A stretch of 64,000 bases of DNA from Hemiscyllium ocellatum (Eukaryota), in contig NC_083409.1 of NCBI RefSeq assembly GCF_020745735.1, forward strand, positions 9,909,534 to 9,973,533. The letters run 5' to 3'. The position numbers and the translations under genes were made by a program. The notes beneath the pieces are model-generated. The model did not search any database. It saw only the letters and a program-made list of their open reading frames with translations, and was not told where the DNA came from. Each line of letters begins with the position of its first letter. Within the stretch, counting starts at the first letter, position 1. Below are positions 47,330 through 61,939 of this stretch, piece by piece.

Positions 47330-49560
47330 CCCTCTTCTCTGTCTCCTATCTCCAAACTAATTCCTAACCAAAGACAAATACTTTTCTATCACTGTCTTGA
47401 TGATAGGAAGCAGAGGTAATATTGGAAGGATGCTTGTCAGACTGGAGGCCTGTGTTGGGTGGAGTTCCTCAGGGCTCAGTGCTGACCCATTACTGTTTGT
47501 TATCAATATTAATGATTTGGATGAGAATCTGTAAGGCATGATTAGTAAGTTTGATGTGCAGGTCAGGTGAATTGGCCATGTTAAATTGGCCATAGTCTTA
47601 GGTACATTAGTCAGAGGGAAATGGGTCTAGGTGGGTTACTCTTCAGAGGGTCGGTGTGGATTGGTTGGGCCGAAGACCTGTTTCCACACTGGAGGGAATC
47701 TAATCTCTAATATTGTACAGGATGTCAGTGAGGTCGCACTTGGAATATTGTATTCAGTTTGGTCACCTTGTTATAGGAAGGATATTACTAAACCAGAAAG
47801 AGTACAAGAAGAAATTGGCAAGGATGTTGCCTGGACTCAACAATCTGAGTTATAGGGGGAAGTTAGCCAAGTTAGGACTTTTTTCTGAGAGCGTAGGAGA
47901 CTGGTGGGGGAACATTTAGAAGTGTATAAGATCATGAGAGACATGGAGAGGGTTGGGGAAACGAGGATGAGAGGGCATCAGTTTAGTTTTAGAGAGGAAT
48001 GAATAAAAGGGAACCTGAGGGGCAACATTTTTACACAGAGGGTGGCACGCATGTGGAATGAGATGCCAGCTGAAGTGATTGAGGTGGATACATTAACAAC
48101 ATTTAAAAGACATTTGGACAAATACATAGATAGGAAAACATTTGAAGGATATGGGCCAAGTGCAGGGAAATGGGGTTAGCATGGATGGACATTTTGGTCA
48201 GCACGGTCCAGTTTGGGCCAAAGGGCCTGTCTCTGTGCTGTAGGACTCGATGGCTCTAAGACTCTATAATTCCATATGTTTCCATGTTTATGAACAGTCT
48301 CTCAAACATAGAAACAAAGGAACTAGGAGCAAGAGGAGGCCATTCAGCCCTTCAAGTTGGCTCTGCCATTCAATATGACCATGGCTAATCATCCAACTTA
48401 GTCCCCTGCTCCCATTTTTTCTCCATAAAATTTAACCCCTTTAGTCCTAAGAATACACTTATCCTCTCTTGAAAATATTGAATGTTTTGGGCTCAACTGC
48501 TTTCTGTGACAGACTATCCCACTAGCTTCCCAGTCTCTGGCAAAAGAAATGTCTCCTCAGCTCAGTCTGAAATAACCTTTCCCTTTTCTTTAAACCATAA
48601 TTCGTAGTTCTGGATTCCCCAGTCATCAGGAACATCCTCCCTGTGTTGTTCTAGTCTTGTCCTGTTCGGATTTTCAAGGTTACAATATGATTCCTTTCAA
48701 TCTTCTAAGCGCCAATGAATATAATCCTAACTGATCCAGTTTCTCATCAGATCTAAGTGCTGTCCTCCCAGGAATCAGTCTGGTAAACCTTCACTGCTCT
48801 CCCTCCACAGCCAGAACATCCTTCCTCAATTAAGGAGCCTGAAACTACCCACGACAGAATCATGAAATCACACAGTACAGAGGAGGCCCTTCAGCCCATT
48901 AACTGTACCAGCCAAACTACACTAAACCTACACCAGTCCCACTTTCCAACATGAGGCCCACAGCTTGAATGTTATGACATTTCAACTGCTCACCCAAGTA
49001 CATTTTAAACTTTGTGAGGTTTCCCACCTCAACTCCCCTCTCAGGCTGTGCATTCCAGATGCACACCATCCTCTGGATGAAAAACATTTTCCTTAAAACA
49101 TCTTGAAGCCTCCTAGCTTTCACATTGAATGTGAGTCAACTTGTTATTGACCCTCCCAAGAAGAACAGCTGCTTTCTCTCCTCCCTGCCAATTCCCCTCA
49201 TAACCTTATACACCTCTATCAGGTCCCCCCTCCACCTTCTCTGCTCTATAGAAAACAACCCGAGCTGATCCAATTTCTCTTCATCACTGAGAGGTTCCAT
49301 CCCACACAACATCCTGGTGATTCCCCTCTGCACCCCATCCAGTGCAATCACATCCTTCCTACAGTGTGGTGACCTGAACTGCACACAGTACTCCAGCTGT
49401 GGCCTAACCAATGTTCTGCTTAACTGCACCATCTCCTCCTGCTTTTATAACCAATACCTGACATGACAAAGGCAAGTGTCCCCTGTGCCTTCATAACTGT
49501 TCCGTTAACCTGTCTTGCCATATTCAGGGATCAGTGGAGAAGCACCCAAGATCACTCTGT
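47330..49560. mobile_element. CR1 fragments in both orientations with a nested HE1 3' half (47553-47706)
   Basis: CR1 motifs GVPQGSVL, LEYCIQF and LEYCVQF; the SINE body interrupts the CR1. Confidence 0.85.
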
Positions 49561-49579
49561 TCCTTTGAGCTTCCTCAGT

Positions 49580-52500
49580 TCAAAGAACAAAGAGCAACGA
49601 AAATTACAGCACAGGAACTGGCCCTTCGGCCCTACTAGCCTGCACTGGTCCATATCCTCCATCTAAACCTGTCATCAATTTTCCAAGGTTCTGTCTCCCT
49701 TTGCTCCCTGCCCATCCATGTATCTATCTAGATATATCTTAAATGATGCTATTGTGCCTGCCTCTACCACCTCCACTGGCAACGTGTTCCAGGACCAATC
49801 ACCCTCTGTGTGAAGAACTTTCCATACATATCTCCCTGAAATGTTTCCACTCTCACCTTGAACTCATGACCCCCGAGTAATTGAGTCCCCCACTCTGGGA
49901 AAAAGCTTCTTGCTATCCACCCTGTCTATATCTCTCATGATTTTGTAGACCCCAATCTGGTCCCCCCTCAACATTTGACTTTCTAATGAAAATAATCCTA
50001 ATCTACTCAATTTCTCTTCATAGCTAGTGCCCTCCATACCAGGCAATCCTGGTGAACCTCCTCTACACCCTCTCCAAAGCATCCACATCTTTCTGGTAAT
50101 GTGGCAACCAGAACTGTACGCAGTATTCCAAATGTGGCCAAGCCAAAGTCTGATATAATTCTAATATGACCTTCCAACTCTTGTACTGAATACCACGTCT
50201 GGTGAAGGAAGATGTGCCATATGCCTTCTTGACCACTCTGTCGACCTGTGTTGTCACCTCCAGGGTACAATGGACCTGAACACCCAGGTCGCTCTGGGCA
50301 TCAATTTTCCCAGGGTGTTCCATTCACCGTACAGTTTACTCCAGATTTGGATCTTCCAAAATTCATCAGACTGCATTTGCCTGGCTTGAACTCCATCCAT
50401 CCGTTTCTCTGCCCAACTCTCCAATCTATCTATATTCTGCTGCATTCTCTGACAGTCCCCTTCACTATCTGCTACTCCACCAATCTTAGTGTCATCTGCA
50501 AACTTGCTAATCAGACCACCTATACCTTCCTCCAGATCATTTATGTAGATCAAAAACAAGAGCGGTACCAGCACGGATTCCTGTTCTCCATTTTGAGAAA
50601 GTACTCCCACCACTACTGTCTGTCTTCTGTTGCCCAACCTGTTCACTACCCATCTAGTGAGTACACTCTGGACCCCATGCGACTTAAATTTCTTTATCAG
50701 GCTAGCATGGGGAACTTTATCAAACACCTTACTGAAGTCCATGCGTATGACATCCACAGCCCATCCCTCCTCAATCAACTTCATCAGTTCTTCAAAAAAA
50801 TCTACAAAGTTGGTAAGACACGACATTCCCTGCACAACTTCATGCTGCCTATAACTGATAAGTCAATTTTCTTCCAAAAGTAAATAGATCTTATCCCTCA
50901 GTATCTTCTCCAGCAGCTTCCCTACCACTACATCAGGCTCACTGGTTGATAGTTACCTGGATTATCCTGGCTACCCTTCTTAAACGTTAGCAATTCTCCA
51001 GTCCTCTGGGACCCTCATCCATGTTCAGGGTTGCTACAAAGATATCGATTAAGGCCCCAGCTATTTCCTCTCTTGCTTCCCTCAGTAAGCTGGGATCGAT
51101 CCCATCCTGACCTGGGGACTTGTCCACCTTGATGCCTTTTAAAATACCCAACACTTCCTCCCTACTTAAATCGACTTGCCCTCGAGTAATCAAACACCTA
51201 TCCCCAACTTCAACATCTGTCATTTCCCTCTCCTTGGTGAATACCGACATAAAGCACTCATTAAGAATCTCATCCATTTTCTGACTCCACACATATCTTT
51301 CCTCCTTTGTCCTTGAGTGGGCCAGCCCTTTCTCTAGTCACCCACTTGCTCCTTATGTATGAATAAAAGGATTTGGGATTTTCCTTCATGATATTTTGTG
51401 ACCCCTTTAGCCCTTTTAATTCCTCACTTCAGATTGGTCCTACTTTCACGATATTCTTCCAAAGCTTTGTCTGTTTTCAGCCACTTAGACCTTATGTATG
51501 CATCCTTTTTCCTCTTAGCTAATCTCACAAATTCATCTGTCATCCAGCGTTTCCTAATCACGCCATTTCAATCCTTTATTTTCACAGGGACATGTCTGTC
51601 CTGACTCTAGTCAACCTCTCTTTAAAAGCCACCCACATATCAAATGTGGATTTCCCTTTAAACAGCTGCTCCCAATCCACATTCCCCAGCTCCTTCCAAA
51701 TTTTGGGATAGTTGGCCTTCCTCCACTTTAGCCCTCTTCCTTTAGGACCACTCTCATCTTTGTCCATGAGCATTCTAAAACGTATGGAATTGTGATCACT
51801 CTTCCAAAGTAATCCCCGACTGAAATTTCAATCACCTGGCTGGGCTCATTCCCCAACACCAGCCCAGTATGGCCCCTTCCTAAGTTAGACTACTTCCACA
51901 TTACTCTGTGAAATCCTCCTGGATGCTTCTTACAAATTCTGCTCCATTTTAACTTCTAACATGAAGTGAATCCCAGTCAATGTTGGGAAAATTAAAATCT
52001 TCCATCACCCACCACCTTGTTACTCCTACATCTTTCCATAATCTGTTTACATATTTGTACCTCTATCTCACGTTCACTGTTAGGAGGCTTGTAGGATAGC
52101 ACCAACATTGTTACTGCACCCTTCCTGTTTCTGACCTCTGCCCATATTGCCCCACTGCTCGAGTCCTCCATAGTGCCCTCCTTCACCACACCTGTGATAT
52201 CCACTCTGACCAGTAATGCAACTCCTCCATCCCTTTTACTTCCCTCTCGAACGCATCTGATACATCTGTATCCTGGGATATTTAGTTAACAATCTTGCCA
52301 TTCCCTCAACCACGTCTCAGTAATAGCAATAACATCATACTCCCAGATACTAGTCCAAGCCCTAAATTCCTCTGCCTTACCTACTACACTTCTCACATTA
52401 AAACAAATGCATCTCAGACCATCTGTCCCTTTGCATTCATCATCTGCTCCCTACCTACTCTTAACCTTAGTCACGCTGACTTCAATATCTAGTTCCTGAC

Positions 52501-53830
52501 AGGCTTTAGTTACTCCCTCCTTATTGCCCACTAACTTCCTCATTTGGTTCCCATCCCTCTGCTACACTATTTTGAACCCTCCCCAAGAGTGTGATCAAAC
52601 ACATCCCTCAGGACACTGGTTCCAGTCCTGCCCAGGTGTAGACCACTCGATTTGTAATTGTCCCACCTCCCCTGGAACCAGTCCCAATGTCCCAAAAACC
52701 TGAACCCCTCCCTCCTGCACCATCTCTCAAGCCACACATTCATCCTGCCTATATTTTCATTTCGACTCTGACTAGCACATGGCACTGGGAGCAATCCTGA
52801 GATTACTACCTCTGAGATCCTACATTTTAATATGGTTCCTCACTCCATAAATTCTGCTTGTAGGACCCCATTCCATTTATTACGATATCATCAGTCCCTT
52901 CATGCACCATCACAGCTAGCTGTTCACCCACCCCTTCAGAATGTCCTGCAGCCGATCTGAGACATGCCTGAGTCGTACAACTGGGAGGCAACATGCTATT
53001 CGTGAGTCTTGTTTTTGACCACAGAACCGCCGATCTATTCCCCTTACAAAGTCCAAACAAACCATATCCATGGGCCCCCCCCTTATCAAATCCACTCACT
53101 ATATCCTCAAACAATTCCAGTCGATTTTTTAAGCATGATTTCCCTTTCGACAATTCATGCCGACTCTGTCCAGTTCTGCCACTGTTTTCAAAGTGCTAAG
53201 CTATAAAATATTTTATAATGAACTTAAGCATTTTCTCCACTGCTGACTTCTGGCTAATTGGTCTAAAATTTCTTATTTTCCCTCTCTCTCTCTCTCTCTT
53301 TCAATAGGCGTGTTAAATTAACTCCCTCCATTTTGTAGGACCTATTCCACAGTCGACAAACAGATAACCATCAATGTTTCTCATATTTTACAACCACTTC
53401 CTGAAGCACTCCTGAAAATAGATTATTTAGCCCTCCTGATTTAAGACATTCTAATTTTCCCAGAACCATTTTCCTCCAACAACTGATTTCCTTCAGCTCC
53501 TTCCTCTGATAAAACTCCAAGTTCACCAACATGTCTGAGATTTATTTGAGAATTCATTTGTGCAGAAAGATCCAGAATATGTTTATCTGTCATCTCTTTG
53601 TTCCAACGATAACATTATAACACTTGTGCAGAACTTCCTTGAATGTCATCTGGACGTCCATATAAACAACACATTCCCTTATCTCACACATTAGTGACCT
53701 CGTTAAAACATGTAACCAGTTAAAGATGTCTGACCCTTTTTAATCCATGCTGACTTACTCTGATCTGTTCACATTTGTCGGACATTCTGTCTCTAAACAG
53801 ATTTAATTACTTCCCAACAATAGACATTCA
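49580..53830 (-). mobile_element. Long CR1 LINE (49580-~52990, ORF1 esterase plus ORF2) followed by an older CR1 RT fragment (~53000-53830)
   Basis: ORF 50254-50835 MDFSKVFDKVPH...KFADDTKIGG; ORF1 LLPVP...WLERWCRREGFRFL. Confidence 0.92.
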
Positions 53831-53837
53831 ACAGAGA

Positions 53838-54380
53838 TAAAAACAATGTCTGCAGATGCAGGAAGCCAGATTCTGGATTAATGGTGCTGGAAGAGCACAG
53901 CAGTTCAGGCGGCATCCGAGGAGCAGCGAAATCGACGTTTCGGGCTAAAGCCCTTCATCAGGAATAAAGGCAGTGAGCCTGAAGTGTGGAGAGATAAGCT
54001 AGAGGAGGGTGGGGGTGGGGAGAAAGTAGCATAGAGTACAAGCAAATGTGGCTGTGGGAGCGAGTTTGTTTCATGACATGGTTGAAGAGCTTCTCTCTAC
54101 AATAATCTCAGGGAGTCCCTCTCCCACTGCAACTCCCAGGTCATTTCCTCTGCCCTGAAGCTCTTCAAACATTTCATGAAACAAACTCGCTACCACAGAC
54201 ACATTTGCTTGTACTCTATGCTACTTTCTCCCCACCCCCACCCTCCTCTAGCTTATCTCTCCACGCTTCAGGCTCACTGCCTTTATTCCTGATGAAGGGC
54301 TTATGCCCGAAACATCGATTTCGCTGCTCCTCGGATGCTGGCTGAATGGCTGTGCTCTTCCAGCACCACTCATCCAGAAT
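53838..54380. repeat. Fold-back Penelope (Neptune-type) terminal element; arms 53870-54092 and 54158-54380, each with a hammerhead core
   Basis: ~220-nt near-perfect inverted arms around a 65-nt loop. Minus core CTGATGA-A-GGGC TTTA GCCC-GAAA-CGTC (53961-53934); plus core CTGATGA-A-GGGC TTAT GCCC-GAAA-CATC (54289-54316). Confidence 0.92.
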
Positions 54381-54451
54381 TCAATGGAGATGTTCATTGT
54401 GAGTGAGGTTAGTAAACAGCTAGTACTGACACAAGGGGCTGAACAGCCTCC

Positions 54452-57400
54452 TTCTAGAGTCAGAGTCATAGAGATGTACAGCATGGAAACAGACCCTAAG
54501 GTCCAACTTGTCCATGCCAACCAGACATCCCAACCCAATCTAGTCCCACCTGCCAACACCTGGCCCAGATCCCTCCAAACCCTTCCTATTGATATACCCA
54601 TTCAGATGCCTTTTAAATGTTGTAATTGTACCAGCCTCTACCACTTCCTCTGGCAGCCCCATTCTGCACTTGCACCACTCTGTGCGTGAAAAAATTGCTT
54701 CTCAAGTCTCTTTTATATCTTTCCCCTCTTACCCTAAACCCATGCCCTCTATTACTGGACTCCACCAGCTCAGGGAAAAGACTTGGTCTCTTTGCCCAAT
54801 CCATGTCCCTCATGATTTTGTAAACCTCTGTAAGGTCACCCCTCAGCAGGGACCTCTGTAAGGTCACACCTCACTCAAGGGAAAACATCCCTAGTCTATT
54901 TAACTTCTCCGTATAGCTTAAATCCTCCAACCCTAGTAACATCCTTGTAAATCTTTTCTGAACCCTTTCTAGTTTCACAACATCTTTCTGATAGGAAGGA
55001 GATCAGAATTGAACACAATACTCCAAAAGTGGTTTAGGTGACCTCCCAACACCCATACTCAATTCTCTAATCAATAAAGTAAAGCATACCAAATGTCGTC
55101 TTCATTATCCTACCTACCTACGACTCTACATTCAAAGAGATATGAACCTGCACTCCAAGGTCTCTTTGTTCAGCAACACTCCCGAGAACCTGACCATTAA
55201 GTGTATAAGTCCTGCTAAGATTTGCTTTCCTAACTGCAGCACCTTGCATTTATCTAAATTAAACTCCATCTGCAATTCCTCAGCCCATTGGCCCATCGGA
55301 TCAAGATCCTGGTGTAATCTGAGGTAACTTTCTTCGCTGTCCACTACACCTCCAATTTTGGTGTCATTTGCAAACTTACTAACTCTACCTCCTATGTTCA
55401 CATCCAAATCATTTATGTAAATGACAAAAAGTAGTTGCCCAGCACCAATCCTTATGACACTCCACTGGTCAGAGACGTCCCGTCTGAAAAACAACCCTCC
55501 ACCATCACCCACTGTCTTCTACCTTTGAGCCAGTTCTGTATCCAAATGGCTAGTTCTAACTGTATTCCATGAGATCTAACCTTGCTAACCAATCTTCCAT
55601 GGGGAACCTTGTTGAATGTCTTACTGAAGTCCATACAGATCCAGTGTAACGTTCTGCCCTCATCAATTCTTTCTGTTACTTCTTCAAAAAACTCAATCAA
55701 GTTTGTGAGACATGATTTCCCATGCACAGAACCATGCTGACTATCCCTAATCAGTCTTTGCCTTTCCAAATTTATGGACAATCTGTCCCTCAGGATTCCT
55801 TCCAATAACTTCCTCACAATTGACGTCTGGCTGACTGGTCTACAGTTCCCTGGCTTTTCCTTACCACCTTTCTTAAGTAGTGGCACCAATTAGTGAACCT
55901 CCAGTCTTCTGGCACATCTTTTGTGACTATTGAGGATACAAATATCACAGTAAGAGGCCCAGCAATCACTTCCCTAGCTTCCGACAGAGTCCTAGGGTAT
56001 ACCTAATTAGGTCTTGGGGATTTATCCACATTTATGCATTTCAAAGACATCTGGCACCTCCTCATCTGTAATATGAACATTTTTCAAGATATCACCATCT
56101 ATTTCCCTGCATTCTATATCTTCAATATCCTTCTCCACAGTTAGTGAAGCAAAATACTCATTTGGTATCTGCCCCATCTCCTGCGGCTCCACACAAAGGT
56201 CGCCTTGCTGATCTTTGAGGGGCCCTATTCTCTCCTTAGTTACCCTCTTGTCCTTAATGTATTCATAAAACCCCTCTGTATTCTCCTTAACCCTATTTGC
56301 CAAAGCTATCTCATGTCGTTGCCCTCCTGATTTCCATCTTAAGTGTACTCCTACTGCCTTTGTATCCATCTAAGGATTCACACAATCTATCCTGTCTATA
56401 CCTGACATATGCTTCATCCTTTTTCTCAACCAAACCCTCAACTTCTCTCATCATCCAATATCCCCTACACCTACCAGCCTTTCCTTTCACCGTAACTAGA
56501 ATATACTATCTCTGGGCTCAATTTATCTCATTTCTGAAGGCTTCCTATTTTCCAGCTGTCCCATGACCTGCGAGCAACTGCCCCCAATCAGCTTTTCAGA
56601 GTTCTTGCCTAATACTGGCAAAATTAGCCTTCCTCCAATTTAGAACTCCAACTTCTGGATCTGGTCTATCCTTTTCCTTCACTATTTTAAAATGAATAGA
56701 ATTATGGTCGCTGACCAAAAGTGCTCCTCCACTGACACCTCAGTCACCTGCCCTGCCTTATTTCCAAGGTTGAGCTTTGCACCGTCTCTAGTCGGTACAT
56801 CCACATTCTGAATCAGAAAATTGTATTGTACGCACTTAACAAATTCCTCTACATCTAAACCCTTCACACTATAGCAGTCACAGTCTATGTTTGGAAAGTT
56901 AAAATCCCCTCCTATAACCACCCCATTATTCTTACTGATAACTGAAATCTCCTTACAAATTTGTTTGTCAATTTCCCGCTGACTACTGGAGGGGAGCTAT
57001 ATTATAATCCCAACAAGGTGATCATCCCCTTCTTTTTTCTCAGTTCCATCCGAATAACTTCCCTGGATGTATTTCTGGGAATATCCTCCCTAAGTACAGC
57101 TGTAATGCTATCCCTTATCAAAAATGCCACTCTCCCTCCTCTTGTGCCTCCCTTTCTGTCCTTCCTGTAGCATTTGTATCCTAGAACATTAAACGGTCAG
57201 TCCTGTCCATCCCTGAGCCATATTTCTGTAATTGCTATGATATCCCAGTCCCATGTTCCTAACCACGCCCCATGTTCATCTTCCTTCCCTGTAGGCCTCT
57301 TGCAGTGAAATAAATGCAGTTTAATTTATCAGTCTTACCTTGTTCTCTGCTTTGTCCCCGCCTGCCCTGACTGTTTGACTTGCCTTTGTTCTCAACTTTA

Positions 57401-58170
57401 CCAATCTGAGGATGAAATCTTTCCTCACTATCTCCCTGGGTCCCACCCGCCCACCTTACTAGTTTAAATCCTCCTGAGCAGCTCTAGCAAATCTCCCTGC
57501 CAGTATATTAGTTCCCTTCCAATTTAGGTGCAATCTGTCCTTCTTGTACAGGTTACTTCTACCTCAAAACAGCTTCCAAAGATCCAAAAATGTGAATCCT
57601 TCTCCCATACACCAGCTCCTCAGCCATGCATTCATCTGCTCTATCCTCCTGTTGCTGCCCTCACTAGCTCATAGCACCAGGAGTAATTCAGATATTACTA
57701 CTCTTGAGGACCTCCTTTTTAAATTCCTGCCTAGCTCTCTGCAATCTCCCTTCAGAATCTCAACCTTTTCCCTTACTATGTCATTGGTTGCAAAGTGTAC
57801 AATGACCTCCTGCTGGTCTCTCTACACTTAAGAACATTCTGCACCCTCCCTGAGACATCTTTGATCCTGGCACCAGGGAAGCAACACACCATTCTGATTT
57901 TTTACTGCTGGCCACTGAAATGTCTGTCTGTACCTCGGGCTAGAGAGTCCCTGAACACAGTCGATTGTTTGGAACCCGACGTACCTCCCATTACATTAGA
58001 GCCAGTGTCAATACCAGAAACTTGGCTGCTCATGCTAAGTACCCCTGAGTTTCCATCACCCCCTACATTTTCCAAAACAGCATACTTGTTTGAAATGGGA
58101 ATAACCACAGAAGACTCCTGGACTACTTGCCTACCTCTCTTGCCTTTCCTGGAGTTATGGTCAGAGCCCA
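54452..58170 (-). mobile_element. Near full-length CR1 LINE, degraded
   Basis: Tail (agagtc)n, RT MDFSKTFNKVPHG and FANDTKIGG, APE GGDFNFPNID, ORF1 remnants to ~58170. Confidence 0.93.
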
Positions 58171-58389
58171 TGGGATCCAAGGCATTTTGGCAAATTGGAT
58201 CCAAATATGAGGCAAAGAGTGATGGGAGAGGTTTGTCTTTGTGATTGGAAGCCTGTGACCAGTGGTGTAAGACAGGGACTGGGGCTGGGACCCTTGCTGT
58301 TTGTAATGTACATTAACAAATTGACTGTGATTGTAAAATTAGAAAGTTTTCAGAGGCCACATAAATTGGTGGTGTTATTGATATTGATT

Positions 58390-59218
58390 TGATTTTTATT
58401 TAAGTTTATTGTCACGTGTTCTCGATTGCAAAAGTATTGGAGTACAGTGAAAAGTATGTAACGTCACCTCACAAGGCGCCATCTTAGGTACAAGGACCTC
58501 AGTACAGAATCGTAAGAACAAGGTAGAAAGAAAGAATAAAGTTCAAGGTTACACGTTGCAGATCTTTTTTAGTTTTAAGTAGAAAATGAAGAAATAAAGC
58601 TGAAAGTTCAAACATTACAGCATTTCTTAAGAACTTAGCTACCATGAGATTATTCTTTAAGTCATCATCTCGAGACCGGAAGTCCACGCTGAGGCCTTCC
58701 CGGGTGGAGAGACCACCATATACAGAAAGGACCACTATGTGGGCTGAGAGAGAACCACGCTGGGCCACTCAGAGATCGCTACACTAGGCCGAGTGACCAT
58801 CACGCTGGGCTGAGAGGCCACCACATCAAACAGAGGCCATCATGTTGGACTGCCTCGTTGGGCTGGAAGGTATCCCTGAAGAAGGGCTCATGCCGGAAAC
58901 GCCGACTCTCCTGCTCCTTGGATGCTGCCTGACCTGCTGCGCTTTTCCAGCAACACATTTTCAGCTCTGGAAGGTCTCCTTGCCAGGCCAGGACACTGCC
59001 ACATCAAGCCAAGAGGCCACATTATTAGGTCTGCACTGGGTCAGAGGACTGGTGACTGAGGCTGGGAGTCCGAGTCCGGGAGAAGAAATTAGGGAGAAGG
59101 ACAAAAGAAAAACACAAAAGAAAATGAAAAGAGAAGTGGGATAGAAAGAAGAAAAGGAAACAGACGGAGCAGATGAACTCGTTCTGAAGTGTCTGACTCT
59201 GCGGCCATCTTGGATTAC
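58390..59218 (-). mobile_element. Short non-autonomous LINE-like element, apparently inserted into a CR1, carrying a nested Penelope terminal piece (~58870-58970)
   Basis: Minus strand starts ccaagatggccgc and ends gtgacaataaacttaaataaaaa. CR1 sequence lies on both sides. No long ORF. Confidence 0.5.
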
Positions 59219-59227
59219 CGGGTCTCA

Positions 59228-61360
59228 GGCTACAGTCTGATATTGGTCAGCTGGTAAATTGGGCAGAGCAATGGCAGATGTAATTTAATCCTGATACCTC
59301 TGAGGTGATCCAACTTGGGAGGTCTAATAAGGGAAGGATATACACAATGAAAGGCATGTACCTTGAGTATCCTTATGCATGAATCACAGAGGGTTGGTCT
59401 ACAGATAAAACAAGCAATTAGGAAGGCAAATGGAATTTTGTCCTTCATTGCTAAAGGGATTGAGTTCAAAAAGCGGGAAGATTATGTTGCAGCTGTACAG
59501 GGTGCTGGTGAGACCACACCTGGAGTACTGCATGCAGTAATGGTCTCCTTACTTGAAAAAGGCAATACTGGCACTGGAGGGGTGCAGAGAAAGTTCACCA
59601 GGCTGATTCTGGGGTGGAGGGGTTTCGCTTATGAAGGGAGACTGTGTAGACTGGGATATATTCATTGGAACTTAGAAGAATGAGGGGAATCTTATAGAAA
59701 CAAATAAAATTATAAAGAGAATAGATAACTGTGTGGAGTTTGCACGTTCTCCCCGTGTCTGCGTGGTTTTCTCCGGGTGCTCCGGTTTCCTCCCAGAGTC
59801 CAAAGATGTGCGGGTCAGGTGAAATGCTAAATTGCCCGTAGTGTTAGTAAGGGGTAATGTAGGGGTATGGGTGGGTTTCGCTTCGGCGGGTCGGTGTGGA
59901 CTTGTTGGGCCGAAGGGCCTGTTTCCACACTGTAAGTCTAATCTAATCTATAAGACAGAAGTAGAGAGGATGTCCTCACTGGCAGGTGGAACTAAAACAA
60001 GAGGGTTTAACCTCAAAATTAGGGGGAGCAGATTTAGGACTGAATTGAGAAGGAACCTCTTACCCAGAGGGTCATAAATCTATGAAATTCCTTGCTCAAT
60101 GAAGAAATTGATGCTACTTCAGTAAATGTTTTAAAGCTAAGTAGATTTTTTGAACAATAAAGGAATTAAGAGATACAGTGAGAGTAAATGCCAAGTCTTG
60201 AACTTCAGAAAAAAGACTACAGGCAAGGACAATTTTCTAAACGGTGAGAACATACATAAAGCCAAAGTACAAAGTGATCTGGGAATGCTAGTCCCGGATT
60301 CTCTAAAGGTTAACTTGCAGGTTGAATCCGTGGTTAAGAATGCAAATGTAATATTGTCATTTATCTCAAGAGCTGAAAAATGTGTTGCTGAAAATGCGCA
60401 GCAGGAATGAAAAAGGGCTTATGCCTGAAACGTCAATTCTCCTGCTCCTTGGATGCTGCCTGACCTGTTGCACTTTTCCAGCAACACATTTTTCAGCTCT
60501 GATCTCCAGCATCTGCAGTCCTCACTTTCTCCAGTTTATCTCAAGAGGGTTGGAATGTAAAATGAGATGTGCTACTGAGACTTTATAAAGCTCTGGTTAG
60601 GCCCCATTTAGTCCACTTTTGTGCCCCACACCTCAGGAAGGACATATTGACACTGGACCGTGTCCAGTGGAGATTCACATGGGTGAGCCCTGGAATGGTA
60701 ATCCTAATATATGATGAATGGCTGAGGATCTTGGGATTGTATTCATTCGACTTTAGAAGGGGAGATCTAATAGAAACTTACAAGATGATGCATGGTTTTG
60801 AAAGGGTGGATGCTGGGAAATTGTTTCCATTAGGTGGGAGTACTAGGACCCGAGGGCACAGCCTTAGAGTTAGAGGGGGTCAGTTTAAAACATAACTGAG
60901 GAGACATTTCTTCAGCTAGAGAGTGACGGGCCTTTGGAATTCATTGCCACAGAGCGCAGTGGCGGCTGAAATATTAAATGTCTTCAAGGCAGAGATTGAT
61001 AAATTCTTAATCTTGGACAGAATTAAGGGCTACAGGGAGAGTGCGGGTAACTGTCCTTCAATGCCCATCACCCATGATTGAATGACGGAGTGGACTCGAT
61101 GGGCCAAATGGCCTTACTTCCACTCCTTTGTCTTATGGTCTAATGTGGAGCTGAGTCCATGAAAAGATCAGCCATGATCTTATTGAATGGCAGAGCAGGG
61201 TTGAAGGGACAGATGGCCTACTCCTGCTCCTAGTTCTTATGTTCTTATGTTCCTTGGGAGTACTGAGGAACAAAGGGACCTTGGTGTACAACTCCATCAA
61301 TCCCGGAAGTTATCAGCATAGCTAGACAGGGTGGTGAAGAAGGCATATGGGATGCCCTAT
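59228..61360 (+). mobile_element. Three CR1 3' fragments with a nested partial HE1 SINE (59729-59949) and a Penelope terminal piece (~60370-60530)
   Basis: CR1 C-terminal peptides (LLRLYKALVRPHL, GDLIETYK) and tails. Confidence 0.88.
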
Positions 61361-61939
61361 TCCCAGCTGAGAAGGTTGTATAGAGAGGGTTTGTTGTATG
61401 TCATTCTTGTATAAAATTGATTTGTTAAAAGGATGTTGACAAGAACTCACTGATAACTAGAACGAAGCGAGTTTCTGTATTTATCACACCTAATGGATTA
61501 TACCCAATGGCAAGTTTTGCTCTGTGGACTTAACAACTCTCCAGTCACATTTGAATGATTATTATGAAAGTGAACAAGGTCACACTCCCCCACATTACAC
61601 TCCATCTGCCCAATATTTCTTCAAAGCCCAGCTGTATCTAATATTCAGCAGGATGGATCTTCACTGAGAAATCGCCATTTGTAACTAGAATAATGATATC
61701 TCTGAGAATCGCATTTATAATTATTTTATTGAAGCTTTCATTAGGTCTGTGTTGATTGACACAATGCTCTGGTTTGGGCTTTGCTGTTTGTACAAACCAT
61801 CTGTAATGTCTTTGCTGCAATGGTTCACATTTACATCATCAAACTCACACTCCAAATATCCCGTCATTATTCTCCATGGGATTCACTGGAATTGGCTCAG
61901 ATAGAACTCTCAGCAGCTGAAATGGAGGGAGGGATACGG

